Assembly: GCA_002269645.1 (NCBI GenBank)
Contig: NIVC01001626.1
Coordinates: 194,340-258,339, forward strand
Origin: Macrostomum lignano
Taxonomy: Eukaryota
Reading direction: 5' to 3'
DNA length: 64,000 bases
The notes beneath the pieces were generated by a model, which did not search any database, was not told the origin of the DNA, and was given only the letters and a program-made list of their open reading frames with translations. Of the stretch, positions 11,568 through 24,700 are shown in pieces (the first letter of the stretch is position 1; each line of letters begins with the position of its first letter). Both the position numbers and the translations under genes were made by a program.

Positions 11568-12969
11568 CTCTTGCGAGTGGTGCTTAGGGTCTTTTATCTG
11601 AAATTGAAGCAATTTTTAGGGCTTCAAAATCTAAATCTCATGTTAAAAACTGGCCAATGCAAATTGCGCATACCCTCTTGCTACACAAGACGTGAAGTTC
11701 CCCCTTTTTAATTTGCTTTGAGGGGCGAACCGTTTGAGTTTGGCTAGCAGCTACTTATTAACTAGCCACGAAGACTTGTCAGCTTACCGCAAATTGCTCT
11801 GAGGCGCAGCATGAGAAGCGAAATTTCGTGCAACCTGTGCAGCGGGGGCAGCAGCAGCCAAGAGATGCAATCCAGCTTTTATGCCCTGAGTCCATTAAGC
11901 TCACCCACTCCCCGGCCTCTCCAACCGAGGCGCAAGTGCAAGAGAAGCAGCCAATCTGACGGTAGTTGCCAGCTGTCTACACGGTTGCACCCGCGAATTT
12001 TCCAAAAGAAAGGCACAGTTGGGTGTCCGTCCGTATTGTCAGGAAACAAGTGACCATGATTTACAAGCCGCCATGCTGAATAGAATCCGTTGTTTACCGC
12101 TCTTTGTGTCTGTCGAATCCGCCTGATTCAGTGTGCATTGTCTATTGGCAATTAATTTTCGCGGAAAAAAGTCTTTGATCTCGCTGAAGTGGGAGCGGCG
12201 ATCCGAATGAGGATCTGAGGAGAATTCAAGAGTCACGTGAAACCCGTTTACTAGAGGGAACAGCTATTGGGTGCCTTCTAGAAACAAGTGATCTGAGCAG
12301 CTCTGAGCAGCCCAGATCAGGCTTTGTCACCGATTCAGCAGAGAACGTTTTGAGCCGATGAAGTGGAGACAAAAGGGTATAACTAAGTGGCCGTTTAGCA
12401 GACTAATCCAGCGCATTTATTTGATGCAGCGCACTCGGCATTCGGTGCATTGTCTGACTACTTCGATTAGTTGCGAAGTGGCACTCTTGATGGCTCAATG
12501 AACGTTCGAAGAGAAGATTTTAGCGGGAGCAGGTCAACGCCCCCTCACAGCATGCAGCACCAGGACGGTGCAGCCCACGTTTTAAAGGTCTGTAGAGAGA
12601 TCCAAACCAAGAGAACTGAACTCACCTGCAAGACTTGTGATTAACGATATGCCTTTTCAATTTTTGCAGTAGAAATTTAGAAGCGGCCCACGCTACCGCG
12701 GATAAAAACAAGTAACTCACTGCAAGGCTCCAGACACTCCGTCACTGGCCACTAATTTTGAAAAATATTGTCTTTTGCGTGACTGCACAAAAACAGGGAT
12801 TACTTGGTTTAGCCCGACTGTAAGCCCAGTAGGAAATGAACCATCTGCAAATCTACGCAGACAACCCATTCATGATCATGGTAGGCTACGAACGTACATA
12901 CGAGCGTACTTGAACGCATCAAATTGTTCCTTTAGTGTTGTCGAATGGGCTGGAGGTATTGATGGATAA

Positions 12970-13329
12970 ACATTGCCGTTGTGTAGCAGTACACATTTCT
13001 AAGAGCACTTGCTGGGGTCAATGCGTCGACCCAAAGTAGCCTAGGGGACAGGGAGACGCAGATACAGCTCTGCTGCAGCATCGGTCCTATCAGCGCTCCA
13101 AAACTTCCACAGACTTGTTGGTACGCCGATGTGTAGTAGAGGGTCCTCCCTCACAGCGAAGTCCCGCGGATCCGCCTTAATAGACACCCCCTGCAGCGCG
13201 ATGACATCACAGCTTAGGTTGAGCGCTAGCTTTGCCAGAGCCCCTCTCCGCCCAGGCGGCCCCGAGAGTGCGGCAGTTCAGCGTCCCGACCCGAAGTATG
13301 AGCAGTTGAGTCTCACGGAAGATCCGCAT
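12970..13329 (-). mobile_element. Degenerate 5' fragment of a non-LTR retrotransposon (AP-endonuclease domain, RTE-like)
   Basis: Minus translation LRVGTLNCRTL...ALAKLALNLSCDVIALQ matches the APE motif GTxNxRTL...DVIALQE. A frameshifted continuation reads YYTSA...FGALIGP...LSPRLLWV. Confidence 0.6.
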
Positions 13330-14194
13330 GGGCCAGCGCAGCCGCAGTTCGGCGGACAGCACCACGTCGCCGACCGCGCCAATTTCACTTCACGTCGGAG
13401 CTCAACACGCCGACGTTCGCTCCGCTGCTCTTGCTTAGTCCTGCCGCTGTTGGCCGCCGCAGCAGTGAAGCGCAGTCGACCGTCTTGACCACTTGGAGGT
13501 CGCAGAATTTACTTTATCAACGTGCAAATAATACAGGACTCCCCTCTCCATAAGTTTGACTCAAGCCCCGATGCCAGGCATCATTTGTCACTTAGTGAGC
13601 CATTTTGCACTGCGTCTGCAGATGCTCAGTGTAAGCTACAAAACCTTCCTTTGCTTGACTTCAACTGGCCAAAACGAGTCCAACACACTAGCAATGCAAA
13701 GTGCACTGAAGGCCAAGCTTTTGTTAGAGAGGAAGAAACAAACAATATCGCGTTACACTGACGCAGCTTTCCCAACTTTGCTGTAATTTTAGCTCGCTAA
13801 TGATTTAAGATGCACAAGAAACCTCAGCAAACTTCATGCTTGCAGCTTTGAATATTAGGCTCGCTACTTACAACAGTATACGCGGGTCTGTGTGCTAGAT
13901 AATTATCACGCCTATGCCAATGTGTTAGTCGATAAGTCAAATATGGATAAACAAAAATTTAGATAGATTTCGATCTGTTTGTGAAGCTGCTGATGATGAC
14001 ATTTAGACACAAAAAATTGCAAAACCCATTCGACTGAGAGATGCATGCTGCAGTTCGAGATATCTGGGCTTTTAGCCCGGCTGCTTTTCACACCGCAACA
14101 ACCACTCCAGTGGACTACTGGGAGTAACGGGGTTACAACGGTAACCACCAACTATCTGTTGCCTATTCGTCTTTCAAGTCACTGATTAAACCAC

Positions 14195-14355
14195 CAACCA
14201 CCAACCAGTCCCGGGATCCCACACCAACCAGCCCCGGGATTCCCCACCAACCAGTCCCGAGAGCCGAGATCCCGCACCAACCAGTCTCGAGATCCTGCAC
14301 CAACCAGTCCCGGGATCCCCCACCCACCAGTCCCGAGATCTCGCACCAACCAGTG
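14195..14355. repeat. About 25-bp degenerate tandem repeat (CACCAACCAGTCCCGGGATCC)
   Basis: About 6 copies visible. Confidence 0.75.
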
Positions 14356-14729
14356 AGGGGACACTATGCATCCAACGCCGCAACAGTTGCAGCACATCGT
14401 GTGGCAAGTCAGCGTTAGAGTTTCAAGTGAAAACTCGTATTTCAATCCAATGCAGTCCGGAGGGCAGAGTTAATGAATTCACGGCATGAGCCGGCGCAAA
14501 ACATAATGCAGGATCATTTCATTCTTCACGATAAATTTAACCAAGCCTAACAGCTGCGCAAATTGTGACTGACATTTGCAATATCTGAGGCCATGTGGAT
14601 GAGCACTGGACACTCAAACAGAAATGAAATTGCAATAAACCTGTGAGCAGTCAGGCTGCAAGCTTGAGTTCGAAACATGCATAATACGGTTGGGTTTTAA
14701 AATGTTTAAAACTGTTTTTACGGTTAGGC

Positions 14730-15122
14730 CATCGGGGTCACGGAAGGCCATGGGGTCATGGGGGTCAGGGGAGTCATGAAGGTCAGTGGGGTCATGGGGG
14801 TCATAGGGGTCATGGAGGTCAGGGGGATTAGGGGGTCAGGGCTCTAGGGGGTCAGTGCGTTAGGGGGTCCGGGCGTTAGGGGTCAGGGGGTCATGGGTGT
14901 CATAGTTGTCATGGGGATCAGGGGGTCTGGGGGTCATGGGGGTCATGGAGGTCAGGGGGATCAGGGGGTCAGGATTTCAGGGTGTCAGGGTGTCAGGGTC
15001 AGGGGTCATGGGGGTCATGGGCGTCATAGGGGTCATGGAGGTCACGGGGTCAGGGTGTCAGGGGTTAGGGGTCATGGGTCAGGGGGTCAGGGGGTCAGGG
15101 GGTCAGGGGTCAGGGGGTCATG
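14730..15122. repeat. G-rich degenerate repeat (GGGGTCA/GGGGTCAT units)
   Basis: Dense GGGG tracts separated by TCA/TCAT. Confidence 0.85.
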
Positions 15123-15699
15123 ACACCTCAAACGGCCGACCATTAAAATTTGTCTACTGCACCTGATTGGCGGCTCGGACACGCTAAGCGGTTGAGCCGT
15201 TTTTTTCTAAAATTAAAAAAATAGCTCTGGGATGATTAAATTTTGCAAAATTTCCTCCTGCGAAATGTCGCGATTAGGCCGCCGTGTTTGCTTTCGAAGT
15301 TGCCGCGCGCTTCCCTCTTGGCCCCAGATTTCCGCGCAAATATTTTCCCCATCTTTAATTTACTCACTCTGCAGAGTTCCCTTCACAAAAAGTTTGCAGA
15401 AATCCAAGCCAGCTCTGTGCAGTTTGAGTTGCCGTACTCAATCTGGCACTTTTATTGCTGCGGCACGAGAGGCAATAAAAGCCAGTGAAAAACGCTGGGC
15501 TGCGCAAGCAGGCAGCGGCTGCACTAATCGCGTCCTGCACTCAGCGAGTTCGTCTGTTCGTCTGGATGAAATAACAGATTTTGCCGTGAAGCCGCTGATA
15601 AATGCAGGCTGCGCGAAATCCGACTGCGCTGCTGGCTGAACTGCCTCTTCCAGTCCTCTGCGCTTCGTGTCCGCCCTCTGCCGCTTCTTAGCGGACTCT

Positions 15700-15990
15700 A
15701 CTTTTCCCTCTACCACTCCACTTTTCCCTCTAGCACTCTACGTTTTTCTCTACCCGCTCTACTTTTCCTTCTAGCGCTCTACGTTTTTCTCTACCCGCTC
15801 TACTTTTCCCTTTACCGCTCTACTTTTCCCTCTACCGCTCTACTCCTACCTCTAACGCTCTACTTTTCTTTCTAGCACTCTACTCTTTTCTCTACCCGCT
15901 CTACTTTTCTCTCCACCGCTCTGCTTTTCTTTCTAGCACTCTACTTTTCTCTCTACCGCTCTACTCTTCTCTCAATAGCGCTACTCTTCC
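15700..15990. repeat. About 20-bp degenerate tandem repeat (CTCTACTTTTCCCTCTACCG)
   Basis: About 14 copies. Confidence 0.8.
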
Positions 15991-16573
15991 CTCTACCGCT
16001 GGACTTTCCTATCAACCAAATGATTATTTGATCCAACGATTCGCCTGATGTCACATCACTATAGGTAAACTTCAATATAGGAGTTCTGCGGAAGCGCTAA
16101 TCTGGGCCTTTGCCATATCAAGGACTTGATATTTAATAAATGATTTGTCCGCCCACTCACCAAACTCTAAATTGACAAGATTGGCAATTGATATTTATCA
16201 TCTGGAATTTTCTAATGCTTTAAAGTTTTTTTCTGAACTCATGGACACAATTCTTCACTATCTGTTGCCTATTTTCAAGTCACTGATTAAACTTCAAAGC
16301 TTAAAAAGTTTCTGGCCATTTCTGTGTCTACCACCGCCTGTCCTCTGAAGTCCGGGCCGCTCTGAATGATAAACAACACCCACAGAAGCGAAATGGCTGC
16401 TGCTACTGTTGCTACTAGGGGCAGAAAATATCTGTGCCGCTGAAAGAGCGAGTTGGCTCATCTGCTGCTGAGATGCAAAGCAGAGGCTGGCAGCGAACTG
16501 CAACTGCGTAATTCACAACATCATAATGCTGCATAGCGCTTGCCAAACTCTCTTAGTAACTGAATATAACTGC

Positions 16574-17097
<524 letters not shown>

Positions 17098-17456
17098 TGA
17101 TACAAGGACACACAGACAGGCATAATGAGATGCAGACAGGCAGGAATCAAAAGCTGCAGAGCCTATCAAGCTAATTAGATTTGTCTTTTCACTCAGCGCC
17201 AGCGCCACTTCCTGATGCTAATGAGAGCAAAAGGCTCTGGCACTCTGATGCCGCTGTCATTAGAAATGCATCATCCAAGCACGCGGTGACTACGCGAAAA
17301 TTTTAATCAACTGCTAATTGGTGTGACGCAGGACAACTGATGCATTGCCTGTTGCATTAAGCATACTTAGCTCGGATATGCGCTGTTCTATCTGAGAGGG
17401 CGTCGCTTTTACAAACTAGAAATGCCCGTTATTTTCACAAGCTCAAATTTATGACA

Positions 17457-19060
17457 GCTAGTAGAGTGAGTGTCAGACTGTCAGGATCGCTAGAGTGGGT
17501 GTCAGACTGTCAGGATCGCTAGAGTGGGTGTCAGACTGTCAGGATCGCTAGAGTGGGTGTCAGACTGTCAGGATCGCTAGAGTGGGTGTCAGACTGTCAG
17601 GATCGCTGGAGTGGGTGTCAGACTGTCAGGATCGCTAGAGTGAGTGTCAGACTGTCAGGATCGCTGGAGTGGGTGTCAGACTGTCAAGATCGCTAGAGTG
17701 GGTGTCAGACTGTCAAGATCGCTAGAGTGGGTGTCAGACTGTCAGGATCGCTAGAGTGGGTGTCAGACTGTCAGGATCGCTAGAGTGGGTGTCAGACTGT
17801 CAAGATCGCTAGAGTGGGTGTCAGACTGTCAAGATCGCTAGAGTGGGTGTCAGACTGTCAAGATCGCTAGAGTGGGTGTCAGACTGTCAAGGATCGCTAG
17901 AGTGGGTGTCAGACTGTCAGGATCGCTAGAGTGGGTGTCAGACTGTCAGGATCGCTAGAGTGGGTGTCAGACTGTCAAGATCGCTAGAGTGGGTGTCAGA
18001 CTGTCAAGATCGCTAGAGTGGGTGTCAGACTGTCAAGGATCGCTAGAGTGGGTGTCAGACTGTCAAGATCGCTAGAGTGGGTGTCAGACTGTCAAGATCG
18101 CTAGAGTGGGTGTCAGACTGTCAAGATCGCTAGAGTGGGTGTCAGACTGTCAGGCCTGCTAGAGTGGGTGTCAGACTGTCAGGATCGCTAGAGTGGGTGT
18201 CAGACTGTCAGGATCGCTAGAGTGGGTGTCAGACTGTCAGGATCGCTAGAGTGGGTGTCAGACTGTCAGGATCGCTAGAGTGGGTGTCAGACTGTCAGGC
18301 CTGCTAGAGTGGGTGTCAGACTGTCAGGATCGCTAGAGTGGGTGTCAGACTGTCAGGATCGCTAGAGTGGGTGTCAGACTGTCAGGATCGCTAGAGTGGG
18401 TGTCAGACTGTCAGGCCTGCTAGAGTGGGTGTCAGACTGTCAGGCCTGCTAGAGTGGGTGTCAGACTGTCAGGATCGCTAGAGTGGGTGTCAGACTGTCA
18501 GGCTTGCTAGAGTGGGTGTCAGACTGTCAGGCTTGCTAGAGTGGGTGTCAGACTGTCAGGATCGCTAGAGTGGGTGTCAGACTGTCAGGATTGCTAGAGT
18601 GGGTGTCAGACTGTCAGGGGACCAATAGAGTGGGTGTCAGACTGTCAGGATCGCTAGAGTGGGTGTCAGACTGTCAATGATCGCTAGAGTGGGTGTCAGA
18701 CTGACAGGATCGCTAGAGTGGGTGTCAGACTGTCAGGATCGCTAGAGTGGGTGTCAGACTGTCAAGGATCGCTAGAGTGGGTGTCAGACTGTCAAGGATC
18801 GCTAGAGTGGGTGTCAGACTGTCAAGGATCGCTAGAGTGGGTGTCAGACTGTCAGGATCGCTAGATGAGTGTCAGACTGTCAGGATCGCTATAGTGGGTG
18901 TCAGACTGTCAGGGGACCAATAGAGTGGGTGTCAGACTGTCAGGATCGCTAGAGTGGGTGTCAGACTGTCAGGATCGCTAGAGTGGGTGTCAGACTGTCA
19001 GGATCGCTAGAGTGGGTGTCAGATTGTCAGACTTGCTACATGGGGTGTCAGACTGTCAGG
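17457..19060. repeat. 29-bp minisatellite (GCTAGAGTGGGTGTCAGACTGTCAGGATC), about 55 copies
   Basis: Direct reading. Confidence 0.95.
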
Positions 19061-19529
19061 ACCGCTCTTGGTGTAGAAAGCACACGGTATACTTTGCCTG
19101 TTTCTGGTCTCCAATAGCAGATTAATTTCAGTTCGTTTTGAAGCGACATTGGGGATGAATTCCAGCAAATCCCGTATAAAACTTCCGGGATAAAGCAGCA
19201 CGAAAAAAGTTTAAGTGCAAGATATTATAGCCATCCTGTTGCTAGGGGGTCTACGAGAAGTTCTGAACCCGGACGAACTGCACTTGGGATTTGCCAGCCT
19301 GCGCCCCCTCCCCCCAGTCTAAGAAGACGAGGTCTTTCTGATTGTACAGCTTACCAACAAACTATTCGCTGCTTTATCAAGGATGCAGAAAAACTGAAAA
19401 ATGTCAGCAGTTCGGTACATCCTACCTTGTCTCGTGGAATTAAAGCTTTTAGTTGTAGAGGTCTGTCTAAGTGAGTGACTGCATGTTCTCGATCTTCGCT
19501 TGCTACACTGGTTAGCATTAGAGCTGACG

Positions 19530-20365
19530 GGTTTCAGACTGTCAGGATCGCTAGAGTGGGTGTCAGACTGTCAGGATCGCTAGAGTGGTTGTCAGACTGT
19601 CAGGCTTGCTTGGGGGTCAGACTGTCAGGATCGCTAGAGTGGTTGTCAGACTGTCAGGCTTGCTTGGGGGTCAGACTGTCAGGATCGCTAGAGTGGTTGT
19701 CAGACTGTCAGGATCGCTAGAGTGGTTGTCAGACTGTCAGGCTTGCTTGGGTGTCAGACTGTCAGGATCGCTAGAGTGGTTGTCAGACTGTCAGGCTTGC
19801 TTGGGGGTCAGACTGTCAGGATCGCTAGAGTGGTTGTCAGACTGTCAGGCTTGCTTGGGGGTCAGACTGTCAGGATCGCTAGAGTGGTTGTCAGACTGTC
19901 AGGCTTGCTTGGGTGTCAGACTGTCAGGATCGCTAGAGTGGGTGTCAGACTGTCAGGCTTGCTTGGGTGTCAGACTGTCAGGATCGCTAGAGTGGGTGTC
20001 AGACTGTCAGGCTTGCTTGGGTGTCAGACTGTCAGGATCGCTAGAGTGGGTGTCAGACTGTCAGGATCGCTAGAGTGAGTGTCAGACTGTCAGGATCGCT
20101 AGATGAGTGTCAGACTGTCAGGATCGCTAGAGTGGGTGTCAGACTGTCAGGATCGCTAGAGTGGATGTCAGACTGTCAGGATCGCTAGAGTGGGTGTCAG
20201 ACTGTCAGGATCGCTAGAGTGATTGTCAGACTGTCAGGATCGCTAGATGAGTGTCAGACTGTCAGGATCGCTAGAGTGGGTGTCAGACGGTCAGGATCGC
20301 TTGCTTGGGTGTCAGACGGTCAGGATCGCTAGAGTGGGTGTCAGACTGTCAGGATCGCTAGAGTT
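19530..20365. repeat. Second block of the 29-bp minisatellite with a 54-bp (29+25) higher-order unit
   Basis: 29-bp units alternate with the 25-bp variant GTCAGACTGTCAGGCTTGCTTGGG(G/T). Confidence 0.9.
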
Positions 20366-20477
20366 TCTAAAATTCTAGAGTGACGGTCAGAACAGTGCCA
20401 CGACAACGCTTTTCCAGGAAACGCTATGAACACAATTTACCAGCACAAGGAAAGCTCGGGAGCGCAACAACCCTGAA

Positions 20478-21067
20478 TAGGGAATACAATCCCGGGATTT
20501 TGGTTAGGCCTAAATCCCGGGATCACAATTTTCCGGTATTCGAAAATCCCGGGATTGACCATCGGGATCCTGATCCTGCTTTGCAATGATCTCGAGTATC
20601 TGCAGCTGAGATACTTGTCAGGTGAAAATCATAACTCAGTTGTCCTACCTTGATTTCTTAATCGTTTTAAGCATGCAGGCTAGCGAGTAGAAGGCTATAG
20701 GGCTGCAGGGACACGAAACAGAAGCTGTTAGCAGGTCGTAAGGGTATTTAAGGTGTACTAATGTAGAACTACTTTAAGCAGTCCCTACCTTCAAAACTCC
20801 TTGGCCGTAGTTGGGATTAGAACAGTGGGGACCTTGCTATCGGACCACAACCCAAGCTACCAGTTCTCCATCTAGGGCGGGTGCCCCTGGGAGGGTGAGG
20901 TCTGATCCCCTTCTGCCCTGGTATCAGTGCCTCGGGCCATAGCTCTGTAAGCTATCATTCCCCAGGTTACATCACAATCAAGTGTGATTTTCCTGAGCTG
21001 TTACAGCACCTTTACAGAAATCCCGACAATCCCGAGATTGGCAAAACTCGGGATTTTGTATTCCCTA
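20478..21067. mobile_element. 590-bp non-autonomous hAT-type element (MITE) with 8-bp TSD
   Basis: Termini TAGGGAATACAATCCCGGGATTTT...AAAACTCGGGATTTTGTATTCCCTA. Perfect TSD ACCCTGAA at 20470-20477 and 21068-21075; ATCCCGGGAT subterminal motifs. Confidence 0.85.
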
Positions 21068-21430
21068 ACCCTGAACATTTCAGTGGTTTGCCATGATGCC
21101 ATGCCATTGCCATCGGTTTGTCACAACCCACCAATATTTTCAGACAGTTTCATTTTATTAATTGGACCAGTGCCCAATCCGAGTCAAATGTACAGTGCGC
21201 ACGGAATGCACACTCCTTGTACACTCAGTCACTCTGTGCGCTTGAGGCCTCAGCTGAGGAGTGGGGCTGGGGGGGGGGTGCTTGCGATAAGTCAGCTCGC
21301 AGTCAATTGGGTGACGGGGCACAGCGGATGGGGTCTGCATTTGAAAGGCTGCAGTCGCCCGGCCCCATTTTACTGATAAGCGAATGGAGGCCTGATATGG
21401 CATAAAGCGTTGTAGCGATCTCGCAGTGCT

Positions 21431-21438
21431 TTATATAG
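21431..21438 (+). promoter_or_regulatory. Possible TATA box upstream of EGFR paralog 2
   Basis: TTATATAG about 340 bp upstream of the ATG; motif match only. Confidence 0.2.
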
Positions 21439-21772
21439 CCTGGCTGGCAAACTGCGTGGGCCGCACGAGTAGAGAAAAACGCAACAAACAGGTAAACCGA
21501 CCAAGCTGCCAAGAGAAGCCTTCGATTTGGCAGCTCACCTGCAATCAACTACGCTTTAGTATTGTTTGTTTGTTAAAAACCTTCGCAAAAGACTGCCTTA
21601 TTGGGGCATTTCCCGCAACTGCGCGAGCCTGATAAGATAAAGGCCGATTCAATTCACTTTCAAAAAAGACAGGCTCAGCGAGCGGAAAGGCGAGGCAAAA
21701 CGAGTAATTAACAGCTGAAAAATACTGCAGAATTTCCTGGCAGCCTGCGCGAAACAGTTGACGCTGGGAAAC

Positions 21773-24700
21773 ATGACTATAAGGCTCCGGCTGCTCACTC
21801 TGCAGCTGCTGCTGCTGGCCGCATCAGCTTCAGCCAGCCAGCCGCTGGGCTCCAGCAGCCGCCTGTGCAAGACGGTCTACATCTCAAGTCGCGAGTACCG
21901 CACCCACAGGAACATCAGCCGGCTGCATGCTGAGCTCCAGGCCAGCGTGGACGGCTGCCAGTACGTTCACGGCGACGTAATCATCCAGAACATCGGCGCC
22001 GACTCCGTCACTGAGGAGCCGATTGACGAGGCCATCCGCGGCCTCCAAACCGACTTCCTGGACTCCATCATCGAGATCAGCGGCCGATTGGTGATCAAAC
22101 GGATTAACCTGGAGCGCATCAGCTTGCGCAACTTGCGCGCCATCCGCGGCTACAACCTGGAGAACACCAGCCCCTTCTTCGCACTGGAAGTTTTCCAATC
22201 GAAGTACCCGGTCAAGCTAGAGCTGCCGCAGCTGAGCGCCATCCTGCAAGGCGACGTCCGCATCATCGGCAACCTGCACGCCGACCTTTACTGCTACCTG
22301 TCCCGCCGGATTAATTGGCCCAGCCTCTTCCAGAGCCACTCGAGCCGAACGCCGCAGCAGTTCAACGACAACGTGGAGATCATGACACTGGGCGACCAGC
22401 AGATCAACGTCAGCGACTACGCCGCAACCGAGAAGGTCTGCACGTCGCTTCCAGCGTGCAACTCCAGCTGCCACACGGAGAAGTCCGGGCGGCAGCTCTG
22501 CTGGTCCGACAGTCCCGGGGGCTGCCAGAGCTTCCACGGGTGTCTCGTGCGCCCATGTCGGAACTGCTTCCGCCATCCGTACACAGGCAACGAGGAGTGC
22601 TGCGAAAGCGACTGTCTTGGCGGTTGCTCGAACAAATCGGACGGCTGCTTTTCCTGCCGCGATGTCAGCCTGGACGGCGTCTGCAAAGGCAACTGCCCGA
22701 TGAAGACCGATCTGAACCCCGGCACCAACAAGATCGAGACGCGGAACTCCAGTACAACTATGAAGCGAGTGGGCAACATCTGCGTGAAACAGTGCGAAAT
22801 GCCCTTCGTCACCAGCTCCAACGACAAGTACTGCGTGAGCGAGTGCCCTCTGACCGAGATTCCCGTCAATGGCATCTGTACGCGCTGCGCGGCCAAGCAC
22901 CAGTCTGCCTGCGAGACGTGCACCGTCGACACGCTAATCATGAGCGACAAAGTGGCGCAGGCTTTGAAGAACGGCAACTGCACGATTTGGCGGACCGACT
23001 CGTCGCTGGATATCAACTCGGAGAAGCTCAACAGCAGTGCCAGCCTCGAGACGCTGGAGTTTCTGCGAATTTTCTATGGCCGACTGTTCATCAAGCGGAC
23101 GGATCGGCTGGTGGACAATCTGCGGTTCCTTCGCAATCTTAAATTTGTTTCGAACAACTTTGGCATCATGATGCTGCACACGCGGTACCTGGGCCTCGCC
23201 AGCCTGCGATACGCCAAAGCTCTCTGGCTCATCAAGATCAGCGGGCTCTGCGAAGCTTGGTACCCTAGCAGAACAATTCGACAGATTACAGAGGTCACGA
23301 AAGAATTTACCATAGGCACCCGTGAAATCAGCTTCGACAACACGAGCGAGGTGTGCAGGAACGCCGTCTGTGACCCCCAGTGCCGCGACGAGTGCTGGGG
23401 ACCCGGACCCGACATGTGCGTAGCCTGCCGGAACTTCGAGGTGGACGGCCGCTGCTACGCCACGTGCCAGGAGGCCGGTCGGTACAATCTGAGCGGAGAA
23501 TGTCAGGAGTGCCACAGCGAGTGCGAGGGCGGCTGCAGCGGTCCGAGCGCCTCCGAGTGCGAGCGCTGCAGCAACCTGGAGGAGGACGGCAAGTGCGTGG
23601 CCGCCTGCAGCAGCCGCGAGATGCGCGCCGACTCGAAGGGCCGCTGCTACTCGGTGGCGTCTGCGAGACTCCTCACCGTCGGCATTGGCGTCGGGCTGCT
23701 CATTCTGGTGCTGCTGGTGCTGCTGCCGGTGGCCTACGTGCACTACCGGAGGCGCATGCGAAAGTACGAAATCGTCGACTTGGACGAGTACCTGACGGAC
23801 CCGAGCAACCCGAACGCCATGGCGAAGCTGCTGATTGTGAATGACGACGATGTGATGAAGCAGAAGGAGATTGGCAGTGGCGCGTTCGGCACGGTGTACA
23901 AGGGCATCCTGCGGTCGAGCACGAACAAGGGAGTGCGCGAGCTGCCCGTCGCGATCAAGGTGCTGCGCGGCCACAGTCCGAAGCTGGGCCAAGAGCTGCT
24001 GAACGAAGCGAGCATGCTGGCCAGAGTGCAGCATCCATGCTGCATCCGACTGGTGGCTCTGTGCCTGACCCAGGAGCCGCAGCTGATCACGGCGCTGATG
24101 CCTCGGGGCTGTCTGCTGGAGTTCCTGCGAGCGCACCGCAACCAGATCGGTGCGGAGCGAATGCTGCGCTGGGGTCTACAAGTGGCAGAGGGCATGGAGT
24201 ACCTGGAGTCTCTGGGCATTGTACACCGCGACCTGGCTGCCCGCAACGTGCTGCTGCAGACTCCGGACCAGGTGAGGATCACGGACTTCGGGCTGGCCCG
24301 TCTGCTGGACATGTCGGAGGGCGAGTTCATCCAGACGGCCGGCCTGCTGCCGGTGAAGTGGCTCGGCGTGGAGTGCTTTGAGTCCGGACTGTTCAGCCAC
24401 AAGTCGGACGTGTGGAGCTACGGCGTGCTGCTGTGGGAGATCTGCACGTTCGGCGAGTCGCCCTACAACCCGTACGGGATCCGCTCGGTGGAGGACATCA
24501 CCGGCCTGCTGAAGAAGGGCATCCGACTGAACCAGCCCGACATCTGCAGCATCGACTTCTACAACATCCTGCTGAGCTGCTGGCTGCCGCATCCGGAGTC
24601 TCGGCCGAGCTTCCGCGACATGGTCGGCACCATGAATGACTGCCTCGCCTGCCCGTCCAAGTACATCGCACAGCGGTACAGCACCATGGACCCGAACCTG

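Noticed and set aside
11568-11612. Non-ATG upstream starts given by the ORF track for both EGFRs (11612, 21758) and for gag (45025)
   Set aside because: Downstream ATGs (11567, 21773, 44908) give proper signal peptides or a proper gag start. The extensions begin at TTG or other non-ATG codons, or lie inside the LTR.
15170-15716. GC-moderate ORFs (135 aa +, 92 aa -) between repeats
   Set aside because: No recognisable motif, start context or splice signals.
14151-16291. About 40-bp sequence (ACTATCTGTTGCCTATT...TTTCAAGTCACTGATTAAAC) present at about 14151 and about 16257
   Set aside because: Too short to define an element; probably fragments of a dispersed repeat.
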